A stretch of 27,325 nucleotides of DNA from an uncultured Candidatus Binatia bacterium (GCA_965213675.1 CBDCAF010000007.1:1-27325), one strand, 5' to 3'; counted from the stretch's first letter, positions 1-9,323 are shown. Made by a program: numbers and translations. The notes: a model not told the origin generated them from the sequence alone.

Positions 1-2
1 GA

Positions 3-605
3 CTTGTCTTCGTGGAACAGGATCCGGCTCGCTGCACAGAATTAGCGAAGCTTCGGGACTCCCACGTTGACAGAGACATCCGGATCGAAAATTCAGAAGC
101 CAATCAGTACCTATGCTCACTTCAAGAGGATTGGCGTGAGTGGCGAGGGGTTCTGTTCCTCGATCCGTTTGCCACTCAAGTCGAGTGGTCGACGCTCAAG
201 AAGATCGCTGCCCTACAAGCACTGGACACTTGGATACTATTCCCCGTGTCCGCCATCGCCCGCATGCTCCCAAAGTCCAAACGGCCTGACGATATTTCGG
301 ATCAATGGACGCAACGCTTGACCAGAGTGTTCGGTGATAGAGGATGGGGTCAACTGTACCGAAGGGCTCCCCAACTGAACCTCTTTGGAACCGTCGAACA
401 TGAGCGAGACCCCGGCGTGGATGGACTGCTCGGAATCTATAAGGCCAAGCTTGCCGAATTGTTCGGAGATCGGTTCCTCGATCAATCTCGCTCCTTGCGG
501 AACTCCAGGAACTCGACTTTATTCGAGTTCTTGTTTTGCGTAGGCCATTCCAAGGGAATAGCTCCGGCCAAGCGTATCGCGAAGCACATACTGGAGAATC
601 TATAG
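3..605 (+). CDS. tcmP: Three-Cys-motif partner protein (TcmP family, SAM-methyltransferase-like), 5'-truncated by the window edge
   Basis: The frame is open from the window start. It has the family motifs FLDPFATQVEWSTL and DTWILFP, plus the C-terminal LRNSRNSTLFEFLFC...AKRIAKHIL. It lies 2 bp upstream of a DUF5131 gene, the usual partner. Confidence 0.8.
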   Translation, partial: LVFVEQDPARCTELAKLRDSHVDRDIRIENSEANQYLCSLQEDWREWRGVLFLDPFATQVEWSTLKKIAALQALDTWILFPVSAIARMLPKSKRPDDISDQWTQRLTRVFGDRGWGQLYRRAPQLNLFGTVEHERDPGVDGLLGIYKAKLAELFGDRFLDQSRSLRNSRNSTLFEFLFCVGHSKGIAPAKRIAKHILENL

Positions 606-607
606 CC

Positions 608-1348
608 ATGGCATCGCGCTCCGCCATCGAATGGACCGAGACCACCTGGAATCCGGTAACCGGTTGTACGAAGGTCAGCCACGGCTGCAAACACTGCTAT
701 GCCGAGCGCATGTCCAAACGGCTGCGAGCCATGGGAGCACAGAAGTACCGGGAGGGGTTCAAGGTCTCCGTCCACCCGCGCACGTTGGAGGATCCCACGA
801 AATGGCATCGACCGCATCTTGTATTCGTCAACTCCATGTCGGATTTGTTCCATAAGTCGGTGCCGACCGAGTTCATCCTGGCGGTGTTCGATGTCATGAA
901 CCGGTTACCCCAACACACCTTCCAGGTACTCACCAAGCGCCCAGGTCGGGTCGTGCAACTCAACAATCGGTTATCATGGACACCGAATATTTGGCTTGGA
1001 ACAAGTATCGAGTCGACACGATGGATGGACCGTTTGGAACGGCTCAAAAAAACGGGGGCTCTGATCAGATTTCTTTCGTTGGAACCCTTGCTAGGACCAC
1101 TCACAAGGATGCCCCTACACGGCATTGATTGGGTGATCGTCGGCGGCGAATCTGGACCGGGGGCGCGGCCGATGAAGGCAGACTGGGTGCGGGACATCCG
1201 TGACAACTGCCTGCAGCATAAGGTGCCCTTCTTCTTCAAGCAATGGGGTGGGGTATTCAAGAAGAGAACAGGAAGGACCCTGGACAACGAAGTGTGGGAT
1301 CAGATGCCTGACTTGGCGACTCCGACTCCAAGGACAGCGTCGCTCTGA
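608..1348 (+). CDS. DUF5131 / phage Gp37-Gp68 family protein (radical-SAM-like, CX6CX2C)
   Basis: ATG at 608. Motifs: IEWTETTWNPVTGCTKVSHGCKHCYAE, FVNSMSDLFH, FQVLTKRP, FLSLEPLLG, WVIVGGESG and FFFKQWGG. Confidence 0.92.
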   Translation: MASRSAIEWTETTWNPVTGCTKVSHGCKHCYAERMSKRLRAMGAQKYREGFKVSVHPRTLEDPTKWHRPHLVFVNSMSDLFHKSVPTEFILAVFDVMNRLPQHTFQVLTKRPGRVVQLNNRLSWTPNIWLGTSIESTRWMDRLERLKKTGALIRFLSLEPLLGPLTRMPLHGIDWVIVGGESGPGARPMKADWVRDIRDNCLQHKVPFFFKQWGGVFKKRTGRTLDNEVWDQMPDLATPTPRTASL

Positions 1349-1405
1349 AAGGGAACAGACCGGAATGATGGTTCGAGGGGTTCCAGTTTCGTTTGAGACC
1401 GGGTT

Positions 1406-3805
1406 CTACCGGACAGCCTCCGCCTCTTCCAGCGCAGCGATTTCCTCTTCGCTCAGTCCCAGCAACTCGCCCAGGACATAAGCGTTGTGGGCGCCGATCC
1501 AGGGCGCGGGTTGGGCGGCGCTGGCTTGGGAGCGGGAGGGGATGCCGGGGAGACCGTGGTGGGCGACGCGGCCCCAGGGGGGCTCGTCGATCTCGACGAT
1601 GTGGCCGCGTTCGCGCAGGTGGGGGTCGTAGTAGAGGTCCTCCCCGGACATGGGGATGCCGGCGGCGACGCCGGCCTGCTGGAGGCGGCGGAAGGCCTGG
1701 CGGGCGGTCTGGGTGCGGGTCCACCCGGTCAGCTTCTCGTCCAGCTCATCCCGATATTGCCGGCGGCCTTCCTGGTCCGCGAAGCGCGCGTCGTCGGCCC
1801 ATGAGCCCGCGCCGATGACCCCGGCCATGGCCCGCCACTCCTCGTCGGTCTCGCAGGCGATGATGACCCAATCGTCGTTGCCGGCACACGGGTAGCAGCC
1901 GTAGGGGGCGTAGGGAGCGCCCAGAACCTCGCGATAGCCCAGGGTGTCCCACTCGGCGCCGTTGACCGTGTAGTCGAGGATCGCCGGGCCCAGCATGGCG
2001 CCTTGGGCTTCGAGCATCGAGGCCTCGATGAACTGGCCTTCCCCTGTGCGCTCCTGGTGCTCCACCGCCGCAGCCACGCCCAAGGTCATGGTGATGGCGC
2101 CGACCCGGTCCGGCCAAGCGATCTTGCAGCGCGCGCGCATGGGCGACTCGGGATAGCCCCACAGGCGCATGAGTCCGGTGTAGGCCAGGAGTTGCCAGCC
2201 CCAGGCCACCCATGACTTGAGCGGCCCCTCACGGCCCCAGCCCGGCATGGACACCTGAATGATGCCCGGGTTCACCTTGCGCAGCGACTCGTAGTCGAAG
2301 CCGAGCCGCTCCATGACCCCCACGCTGAAGTTCTCCACCACGACTTGCGACCGTTCCACGAGACCGCGGAACAGTTCCTTGCCTTGGTCGTGGCGCAGGT
2401 TCAGGGTCACGCCGAGCTTGGCCCGGTTCATGTCGGCGTGGGTGGCGGCGGCGCGCCCCCGGGCCGCCACGGTGTGGGATTCGATCTTGAGCACCTCCGC
2501 GCCGTAGTAACCCAGGATTTCGGTTCCAAGAGGGCCGGCGAACTGCTGCGTCAGGTCGGCCATGCGGAGCCCCGAGAGCATGCCGTCGGTGGGCGCGGCC
2601 TGTCCCCCGGCCGTGGCGGCGGTGTTCCCCTGGTTCAACTCGGCCAGCACCTCGTGACGGTGCTGATCCAGAAGCGGCGCCGGGCGGTACACCCGCATGG
2701 GGGTGCGCGACAGGCGCATGGGGAAGCCGGGGGCGCGGTAGCGGCCGACCACCGGATGCTCGATTTCCTCCAGCCAGTGGCGCGCGGTCAACTGTTCGCC
2801 GTCGACGAACTCGCCCACGGTATTGAGTGGAGCGGCGGAAAGGTGGCGGCGCTGGGCCTCGGCCACGAATTCGCCCGCGGTGAAGCCGCTGATGAACTCC
2901 GCCACCACCGCGGAGGCCTCGTCGCTGCGGGAGTCGCGGTAGGCCGTGTCCTCCCATTGAGGTTCGGCCAGGATCGTGCCGGGCATCCAGTTCTGCGTCA
3001 GTTCGCGCCACATGTGCGGCAGGTTGGCGGTGAAGTGGACGTAGCGTCCGTCCTTGCAGCGGTAGATGTTGGTCACCGCGCCGCCGTAGGTCCTGGCGCC
3101 GGGCCGGCGGCCCATGCGGTTCTCCAGGGTGTAGCGCGCAATGGAGCTGCTGTTGGTGAAGGTCAGGGCCTCCTGAAGCGACAGGTCGATGCGCTGGCCC
3201 GCGCCGCTGCGGCGGCGGTGGCGCGCGCCGGCCACCGCCAGGGTGGCGGCCACGCATCCGGCTATCTGATAGGCCGAGTGGGAGGGCGCGGTGCACGGAC
3301 CGCGCTGATCGTCACCCTGGCCGTAGAGAAAGCCGCCGGCGCCGTTGGTGACGGCGTCGCTGGTCTTGTAGTGACGGTATGGGCCGGTGCGGCCGAAGGG
3401 AGTCATGGACACCGTCACCAACGTCGGATGGTTTTCTTCAAGCCACGCGCCGGTGAATCCTCGTTCTTCGAGAAAGCCGGGCGGGGTGGCCTCGATGAAC
3501 ACGTCCGCCGAAAGCAGCAGCCGCGTGAACGCGTCCCGGTCCTCCGTAGCGGCGAGATCCAGCGCCAGGCTGCGCTTGTTGGTGTTGGCGTGGAGGAAGG
3601 TCAGGCTCCGCTCGGGGTCCGCCACGCCCCCGGCGAAGGGCGGAAGCCGGCGCTCGGGCGCGCCTTCCGGCGGCTCCACCTTGATGACGTCGGCGCCCAG
3701 ATCGCCGAGCAGCCGTCCCGCATAGGCCGCCGGCACGTCGCCCAGTTCCACGACGCGCAGGTGCGCCAGTGCGGCGGGCGCCTGTTGGCTGTGTGGCTCG
3801 ACCAT
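1406..3805 (-). CDS. Family III (CaiB/BaiF) CoA-transferase with two fused domains
   Basis: 799 aa with two CoA_transf_3 signature sets: LGDLGADVIKVEPP...NTNKRSLALDL and AGP...GAEVLKIE...NRAKLGVTLNL...VVENFS. Confidence 0.92.
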   Translation of the reverse strand: MVEPHSQQAPAALAHLRVVELGDVPAAYAGRLLGDLGADVIKVEPPEGAPERRLPPFAGGVADPERSLTFLHANTNKRSLALDLAATEDRDAFTRLLLSADVFIEATPPGFLEERGFTGAWLEENHPTLVTVSMTPFGRTGPYRHYKTSDAVTNGAGGFLYGQGDDQRGPCTAPSHSAYQIAGCVAATLAVAGARHRRRSGAGQRIDLSLQEALTFTNSSSIARYTLENRMGRRPGARTYGGAVTNIYRCKDGRYVHFTANLPHMWRELTQNWMPGTILAEPQWEDTAYRDSRSDEASAVVAEFISGFTAGEFVAEAQRRHLSAAPLNTVGEFVDGEQLTARHWLEEIEHPVVGRYRAPGFPMRLSRTPMRVYRPAPLLDQHRHEVLAELNQGNTAATAGGQAAPTDGMLSGLRMADLTQQFAGPLGTEILGYYGAEVLKIESHTVAARGRAAATHADMNRAKLGVTLNLRHDQGKELFRGLVERSQVVVENFSVGVMERLGFDYESLRKVNPGIIQVSMPGWGREGPLKSWVAWGWQLLAYTGLMRLWGYPESPMRARCKIAWPDRVGAITMTLGVAAAVEHQERTGEGQFIEASMLEAQGAMLGPAILDYTVNGAEWDTLGYREVLGAPYAPYGCYPCAGNDDWVIIACETDEEWRAMAGVIGAGSWADDARFADQEGRRQYRDELDEKLTGWTRTQTARQAFRRLQQAGVAAGIPMSGEDLYYDPHLRERGHIVEIDEPPWGRVAHHGLPGIPSRSQASAAQPAPWIGAHNAYVLGELLGLSEEEIAALEEAEAVR

Positions 3806-3838
3806 GGCCGCGCGGCGAGGTTCAGCGCGATGACCGCG

Positions 3839-4960
3839 CTACACCTGCGGTTCGAGGATCTCCAGTCCGTCGAGTCGGTCGATGATGTACAGGAGCCCAT
3901 TCTCGTCCTGGAAGACATCGTTGCTCTGGACGGTGTTCTGTCCCTTGCCGGGCTCGGGCACGTAGTAGCCCACCTCCTTCGGCCGATAGGGATTGGACAC
4001 ATCCACCGCGCGCAGGCCGCCGCTGAACCAGGTGACGTAGAGCACATTGCCGTGCACCTGCTCGTTGGGCTGGTGCGCGCCATAGCGGTCGGTGGGCTCG
4101 CCGTCGCGCTCCGGCATGAAGGTCGAAATGGGCACCGGATGTGCCTCGTCGGAGATGTCCACCACCCACATGAAGGCGTAGGGCAGCGGCGCCGCCTTCT
4201 GCGCCTCCTCGTCCGTGACCACCAGGACATCGCGTCCCATGAGCTTCTGGGGCATGGGCAGGGTGGTGTGCGTGGGCGCGGGGTACGGGGGGCTCCAATC
4301 GAGATGGCTCACGAACTTCGGCTGGCTCATGTCGGAGATGTCCAGGATCACGAAGCCGCCGTGCCAGTAACTCACGTAGAGACGGTCGCCCCGGCGGATG
4401 GGATGATGACAGCGATGCATCGTGCCGGGCCATGTGGGCTCCTCGCCGCCGGCGACCCACTGTCCCGGCATATGCCAGCGGCCCACTTCCTGGGGATCGG
4501 CAGGGTCGGCCAGGTCCAGGATCATGCAGATGTTGCCTACGTATCCTTCCATGACCGGGGAGAAGTAGGCGTAGTGGCCGTCGAAGGTGAAGCGGTGGAC
4601 GCCCTTGGCCGCGGCCTTGAAAAACGACACCTCGCGCGGATTGGACGGGTCCGACACGTCGAACACCTTGAGGCCGCCCTGGGCATCCTGGTTGTTCTCG
4701 TAGCGCTCGTAGTTGACGATCATCACGCCGTCCTTGACCGCGGCCTTGTGCGAGTGAATGCCCGGCGGCACGTCGAGCCGCGCCACCAGTCTGGGATTCT
4801 TGGGATCGCGCACGTCGATGACGGAAGTCCCTTGCGGCGGATCCATGTGACCCACGTAGGCGAACCCCTTGTCCACCTCGACCTTGCCGCCACCGGGCAG
4901 GTCCATGCGCCCCACCAACTTGATTCCGCTGGCCGTTCCGAATCCGTTGCCTGTCGCCAT
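3839..4960 (-). CDS. LVIVD-repeat beta-propeller protein (His-rich, possible metalloenzyme)
   Basis: Start set at 4960 behind the RBS AAAGGAG. Repeats: SVIDVRDPKNP, LKVFDVSDPSNP, ILDLADPADP, FVILDISDMSQP, VVDISDEAHP, AVDVSNPYRP. Confidence 0.85.
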   Translation of the reverse strand: MATGNGFGTASGIKLVGRMDLPGGGKVEVDKGFAYVGHMDPPQGTSVIDVRDPKNPRLVARLDVPPGIHSHKAAVKDGVMIVNYERYENNQDAQGGLKVFDVSDPSNPREVSFFKAAAKGVHRFTFDGHYAYFSPVMEGYVGNICMILDLADPADPQEVGRWHMPGQWVAGGEEPTWPGTMHRCHHPIRRGDRLYVSYWHGGFVILDISDMSQPKFVSHLDWSPPYPAPTHTTLPMPQKLMGRDVLVVTDEEAQKAAPLPYAFMWVVDISDEAHPVPISTFMPERDGEPTDRYGAHQPNEQVHGNVLYVTWFSGGLRAVDVSNPYRPKEVGYYVPEPGKGQNTVQSNDVFQDENGLLYIIDRLDGLEILEPQV

Positions 4961-5106
4961 GTCCTGGTCTCCTTTCGCGCTCGCATCCGCGCCTGCCGGG
5001 TCATGGCCTACATGCACCATTCGCGGGGCAATGGCAATACGCCATCCCCACGGAACAGACGGTGTCCACTCCCTCCTGATGGTGACTCGCACGAACGCCC
5101 CGAAAC

Positions 5107-5168
5107 ATCATTCCCGCGGGGGCGTGCCCTGGATCAGGGTCGAGGGCACGCTTTTGCGGGAATGACGG
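5107..5168. repeat. Composite dRS3-like REP, palindromic head-to-head variant (copy 1)
   Basis: TCATTCCCGC(5108-5117)...GCGGGAATGA(5156-5165) encloses CGTGCCCT/AGGGCACG. The minus strand reads GTCATTCCCGCAAAAGCGTGCCCTCGACCCTGATCC, matching the copies at 11906, 24139 and 25244. Confidence 0.8.
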
Positions 5169-5203
5169 AGTCGGGCGCTGGACTTTTGAAGAGGGTTGGG
5201 GCC

Positions 5204-5245
5204 AAAGCGAAGCGAGCCGCGAGGCACTCAGGCCCCGCGGCTCGC
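5204..5245 (-). terminator. Probable intrinsic terminator of the RRM gene
   Basis: The minus strand forms the stem GCGAGCCGCGGGGC-CTGAGT-GCCTCGCGGCTCGC followed by TTCGCTTT, about 75 bp after the stop codon. Confidence 0.6.
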
Positions 5246-5255
5246 GGGTTTGGCG

Positions 5256-5280
5256 AGGGGCGACCGCGGGTCGCCCCTGC
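5256..5280 (-). repeat. GTAG-family REP-like palindrome (GCAG variant)
   Basis: Minus strand GCAGGGGCGACCCGCGGTCGCCCCT, closely similar to the copy at 13008-13032. Confidence 0.6.
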
Positions 5281-5318
5281 GGGAAATTGTCCGGTCACAG
5301 ATTCCGCGGCGCAAGCCC

Positions 5319-5591
5319 CTAACGCCGGCCGAAGTCGCGGCGCTGGGGCCGGGCCTCGTTCACCGTGATGGTGCGTCCGCCGAGATCGGTCTCGTTGAGG
5401 GCGTTGACCGCTGCCTCTGCCTCGTCCGGGTTCGCCATCTCCACGAAACCGAAGCCACGCGACCGGCCCGTGAACTTGTCGATGATCACCTGAGCGGATT
5501 CGACCGTGCCGTGTGTCGAGAAGATTTCTTCAAGCTGCATGTCCGTCGTCGAGTACGGCAACCCGCCGACATAGAGTCTCCTGCCTTCCAT
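5319..5591 (-). CDS. RRM-domain RNA-binding protein (bacterial Rbp family)
   Basis: RNP2 LYVGGL, RNP1 RGFGFVEM and C-terminal GRTITVNEARP. The RBS AGGAGGGG lies upstream of ATG 5591. Confidence 0.95.
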   Translation of the reverse strand: MEGRRLYVGGLPYSTTDMQLEEIFSTHGTVESAQVIIDKFTGRSRGFGFVEMANPDEAEAAVNALNETDLGGRTITVNEARPQRRDFGRR

Positions 5592-5739
5592 TTGTTCCCC
5601 TCCTGGATACGTTATGGCCGTACACCCTGGGCGCTGACCTCGAAGGAGTCGAACAGAGGGAAGATTTCGTTCTGAACCACGATCTCGGTCGGTTCGCAAG
5701 GTGAGACTTACGATGGTCTGTCCCCCGTGGGACTGACCC

Positions 5740-5768
5740 ATCCTAGCCCGCCGGTCAACCACCGTCAA
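5740..5768 (-). promoter_or_regulatory. Sigma70-type promoter of the RRM gene
   Basis: TTGACG-N17-TAGGAT on the minus strand. Confidence 0.55.
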
Positions 5769-5871
5769 GCGTACCGCCAAGGCGGTTCAGGCAGCCGTGC
5801 CCGGAAAGTCCGCCCGCGGCGGAGCCTCGGAACCTCCTTCGGAAAGGCTCCGCCCGCGGAACGCATCCGAA

Positions 5872-6900
5872 TCAGAGATTGTAGAACCTGCGCGCATTGT
5901 CGCCGAGGATCGCTTCCTTCTGCGCGTCCGTGAGCTCGTCCCGTTCAAGGATCTCGTCGATCTCCTCCATACAGTTGTCCATGGTGATCTCGTGCGGGAA
6001 GTCGGAGCAGAACATGAAGATATCGTGCCCCACCCGGTTGACACAGTAGGCAAGCACATCCTCGTTGCCCTCGCAGCCGACGAAGACCCGGCCGCCACGG
6101 AAGTAATCGATGGGGTCCCGTTTGAGCTTGAGGCCGCCGTACTCCGCCTCCCGGTTCAGCCGGTCGAGCACCAGCGGGATCCACGCCGTGCCTCCCTCAA
6201 GAAAGCCCACGCGCAAATCCGGGAACCGGTCGAAGATGCCTTCCGACATCATCCCGGTCATGTGAATGGCGAGCGGGAAGGGCATGCCCAGCGCGCGGGT
6301 GGCCGGGAACACCTTGAACGAGTTGAAGCCGAGGTCGCCGTAACATCCGCCGTGGACCGCGAGGGCGCAACCGAGCTTCTCCGCCTCCTCGTAGAGCGGC
6401 CAGAACTGGTCCGACCCGAAGTGCCGGTCGAGACCGTTGGACGGAAGCATGGCGCATACCATCCCCAGGTCCTTGACCGCCCGGCGCAACTCTTCCACCG
6501 CCGCGGGCACGTCCTGCACCGGAATGAGGGCCACCCCCTTGAACCGGTCGCTGACCTTCAGGTACTTCTCCGACAGCCAGTCGTTGTAGGCGCGCGCATA
6601 CGCCGCCGCCCATTCGGGGAAGTGTACCTGGCCGTAGGAAAGACCTGCCGTGGGATAGAGCACCGAGGCCTCGATCCCGGTCTTCTTGAGGAACTCGAGC
6701 CAGCGTTCGGGTCCCACCGAAGCATCGAAGATCCCTTCCGGCTCGATGTGCCGGCTCCGCGGCGTGTGGAAATTGTCGAGGCTCGGCAGCATCTGACGGA
6801 AGCTCAGGCGGCCGCGGCCCAGGTACTCCTGATCGATGTGCTCGTTGATCTCGTTCTCACGCTCCATGATATGCCCGTCGGCATCGATGTATGCACCCAT
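5872..6900 (-). CDS. Amidohydrolase_2 family metal-dependent hydrolase/decarboxylase
   Basis: N-terminal IDADGH, LYPT, AYNDWL, LAVH, GFLEGG, SDFPH and ILGDNARRFY. ATG 6900 follows a purine-rich RBS. Confidence 0.9.
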   Translation of the reverse strand: MGAYIDADGHIMERENEINEHIDQEYLGRGRLSFRQMLPSLDNFHTPRSRHIEPEGIFDASVGPERWLEFLKKTGIEASVLYPTAGLSYGQVHFPEWAAAYARAYNDWLSEKYLKVSDRFKGVALIPVQDVPAAVEELRRAVKDLGMVCAMLPSNGLDRHFGSDQFWPLYEEAEKLGCALAVHGGCYGDLGFNSFKVFPATRALGMPFPLAIHMTGMMSEGIFDRFPDLRVGFLEGGTAWIPLVLDRLNREAEYGGLKLKRDPIDYFRGGRVFVGCEGNEDVLAYCVNRVGHDIFMFCSDFPHEITMDNCMEEIDEILERDELTDAQKEAILGDNARRFYNL

Positions 6901-6954
6901 CGGCTCTCCCCCTTTCGGTATTTCCTGAAGAACTGCGTTGTGACGCACCGCACC

Positions 6955-6984
6955 AGATTATTCGTTCGTCATTTCCCCTGTCAA
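6955..6984 (-). promoter_or_regulatory. Sigma70-type promoter of the amidohydrolase gene
   Basis: TTGACA-N18-TAATCT (or N16-AATAAT) on the minus strand. Confidence 0.5.
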
Positions 6985-7071
6985 CGGGTATCGTGCCGGC
7001 CCCCTCGACCTCCCGGCCGCGCACCCATCCGCGTTGACGCCCCCTGCCGGGAACCGTAGACTGCCGGCTTC

Positions 7072-8622
7072 ATGTTCGGCTTCGGGTCGCTGCTTGGGCT
7101 GTCGCTCCTCGGCGGAGCGCTCATTGCCACTCCCTTCCTCTGGCCGGTCCTCTTTCCCCTGGCCTGGCTGGCTCCCGTCCCTTTGCTGGCGGCGATCGAA
7201 GGCGCCCGCAACTGGCGGCAGGCACTGTGGGCCGGAGCGCTTGCGGGAACGACTACCATCGCCTTGGGGTTCCACTGGATCGTCGACACCGTGCACGTGT
7301 TCGGCGGGGTGAACTACGCCGTGGCCGCGGCGGCGTTCGCTCTCTTCGTCGCCTACGGCGCTCTCCCGTTCGTCGCATTGGCGGCGCTGGTGCGCGCGTG
7401 CGGGATGGGACCGCTCAGCGTTTTTCCCGCAACGTTCTGGGTCGCCATCCAGTTCTGGCATCCCAACCTGTTTCCCTGGTATCTCGCCGCGAGCCAGAAC
7501 CCGTTCACCCTCCTGGTGCAGGCAGCGGACCTGACCGGACACCACGGCGTCACCTTCCTGTTGCTGTGGTGCGGCACCGCGCTCTACCAGTGCCTGCGCG
7601 CCCGCCGCGGGGGTGGGATGCCGCGTCGGGCAGCGTGGTCCCTGACGGTGGCCGGCGCCGTGTTGGCCGCGACCCTGGTTTACGGACAGGTGCGCCTGGC
7701 CCAGGTCGACCGTGCGACGAAGGAAGCCGCAACTCTCGACGTCGCGGTGGTGCAGGGCAACATTTCCATCGAGCGGAAGGGCAAGAACGCCTTTCTCAAG
7801 GCCAACCAAGCCACCTACAAGGCCCTGTCCCTGCAGAATGCGGACGCCGATGTGGTCATCTGGCCGGAATCGGCCATGGAAACCTGGCTGCGCGAGAACG
7901 GCCAACGCATCCCCCCGAAACTCCTGCCCGCGCGCCACCCTTACATGATCGTGGGCGCCGTCAGCTACCGGCGCGAACCGGTGGTCCGCCTCCGCCGGTA
8001 TAACAGCGCCGTGGCGGTGGACCCCGCGGGCGCGGTGGTGGGACGTTACCACAAGCGGGTGCTCCTCGCCTTCGGCGAGTACGTGCCGCTGGCATGGCTC
8101 ATCGACTGGGTTCCGGGGGTGCAGGCCATCGGCGAAGGCTTCACCGCGGGCGAGGTCGCCACACCCTTCATCCTGCCCAAGGGTGCGCGGGCCGCGCCTC
8201 TCATCTGTTACGAGGACCTGATGCCCGCGCTCTCCCGCCACTTCGTGAGGAACCAACGCGCCAACCTCCTGGTCAACCTGACCAACGACGCGTGGTACGG
8301 GGACACCGCGGCGCCGTGGCAGCACGCATGGCTGGCGCAATGGCGCTCCATCGAGACGCGGCGGGCCATGGTGCGCGCCACCAATACCGGCGTCACCGCA
8401 GTCATCGATCCGGCCGGACGCATGTCCGAACCGCTGCCGGTGTTCAGCGAAGGGGTGCTGCGCGCCAAGGTGCCGCTATTGGAAATGGAGACCTTCTACG
8501 TGCGCCACGGCGACTGGTTCCCCTGGCTGATGACGGCGGTCACCGCGGCCGCCGCGGCCGGGATCGCCCGTAGACCGGGCCGGCGCCGGAAAACGCGCGC
8601 CCAGCGGCGGCGAAGCATCTGA
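7072..8622 (+). CDS. lnt: Apolipoprotein N-acyltransferase
   Basis: Multi-TM N-terminus followed by a nitrilase domain: VQGNI, WPES (Glu), YHKRVLLAFGEYVP (Lys), ICYE (Cys), TNDAWYG and RATNTG. Confidence 0.95.
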   Translation: MFGFGSLLGLSLLGGALIATPFLWPVLFPLAWLAPVPLLAAIEGARNWRQALWAGALAGTTTIALGFHWIVDTVHVFGGVNYAVAAAAFALFVAYGALPFVALAALVRACGMGPLSVFPATFWVAIQFWHPNLFPWYLAASQNPFTLLVQAADLTGHHGVTFLLLWCGTALYQCLRARRGGGMPRRAAWSLTVAGAVLAATLVYGQVRLAQVDRATKEAATLDVAVVQGNISIERKGKNAFLKANQATYKALSLQNADADVVIWPESAMETWLRENGQRIPPKLLPARHPYMIVGAVSYRREPVVRLRRYNSAVAVDPAGAVVGRYHKRVLLAFGEYVPLAWLIDWVPGVQAIGEGFTAGEVATPFILPKGARAAPLICYEDLMPALSRHFVRNQRANLLVNLTNDAWYGDTAAPWQHAWLAQWRSIETRRAMVRATNTGVTAVIDPAGRMSEPLPVFSEGVLRAKVPLLEMETFYVRHGDWFPWLMTAVTAAAAAGIARRPGRRRKTRAQRRRSI

Positions 8623-8774
8623 TCCAGGTGCCTGTCCGAGTATTCGAGAATGTACCGCAAGGCATGGAAACCGCGTAGAGGCGACCGCCAATTCCCCTTG
8701 CCCAGGGAGACTGTGATCGAATGGATTACGTTCGTGCCGAGGGTCGCGCAGCGAAGTCGGAGGACGGCTCCTGG

Positions 8775-9323
8775 TCAGGCCGGACGGAACTCGTCAAGCG
8801 CCCGCAGCATCCCGTCCACCGTGTCGGCGACGAGCAACTTATCGCGGTGCTTCTTCTTGAGGAATCCCTGTTCCACCGCGTGGTCGAGGAAGCCGATGAG
8901 GTGTGCGTAGTAGTCCATCACGTTAAGCAGCCCGCAGGGCTTGGAGTGAAAACGGAGCTGCAGCCAGGTGATCATCTCGGCGATCTCTTCGAGCGTACCG
9001 TAGCCTCCCGGCAGCGCGATGAACCCGTCCGAAAGGCTTTCCATCAGCGCCTTGCGCTCGTGCATGGAAGCCACCACCCTGAGTTCGGTGAGATTCGAGT
9101 GTACGACCTCGTTCATCATCAGCGCCGTGGGAATGACGCCAATGACGTCGCCGCCCTCCTCCAGGGCCGCGTCGGCCACGCAGCCCATGAGGCCGATGGA
9201 GGCGCCGCCATAGACCACACCGATACCGCGGCGCGCCAGTTCCCGCCCCAATGACGCCGCCGTCCCCGCGTACTCCTCCAGCACGCCGGTGCTGGAGCCG
9301 GAAAAGACACAGACTCGCTTCAT
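8775..9323 (-). CDS. LOG family nucleotide 5'-monophosphate phosphoribohydrolase
   Basis: VCVFSGS, VYGGASIGLMG, SMHERKALM and ALPGGYGTLEE. Confidence 0.93.
   Translation of the reverse strand: MKRVCVFSGSSTGVLEEYAGTAASLGRELARRGIGVVYGGASIGLMGCVADAALEEGGDVIGVIPTALMMNEVVHSNLTELRVVASMHERKALMESLSDGFIALPGGYGTLEEIAEMITWLQLRFHSKPCGLLNVMDYYAHLIGFLDHAVEQGFLKKKHRDKLLVADTVDGMLRALDEFRPA

Noticed and set aside
1-1400. Prophage, suggested by the Gp37/Gp68 annotation
   Set aside because: There are no structural, integrase or replication genes in the window, and DUF5131 commonly occurs outside phages.
2345-5368. 1007-aa plus-strand ORF, and similar long antisense ORFs at 5797-7059, 6958-8340, 15995-17602, 18829-19956 and 21551-22990
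   Set aside because: Each mirrors a well-supported gene on the opposite strand and has no recognisable motifs. They are shadow ORFs expected from high-GC codon bias.
5715-5738. ACGG-loop hairpin as a guanidine-II riboswitch
   Set aside because: Only one such hairpin is present where two are needed, and the downstream gene is an RRM protein.
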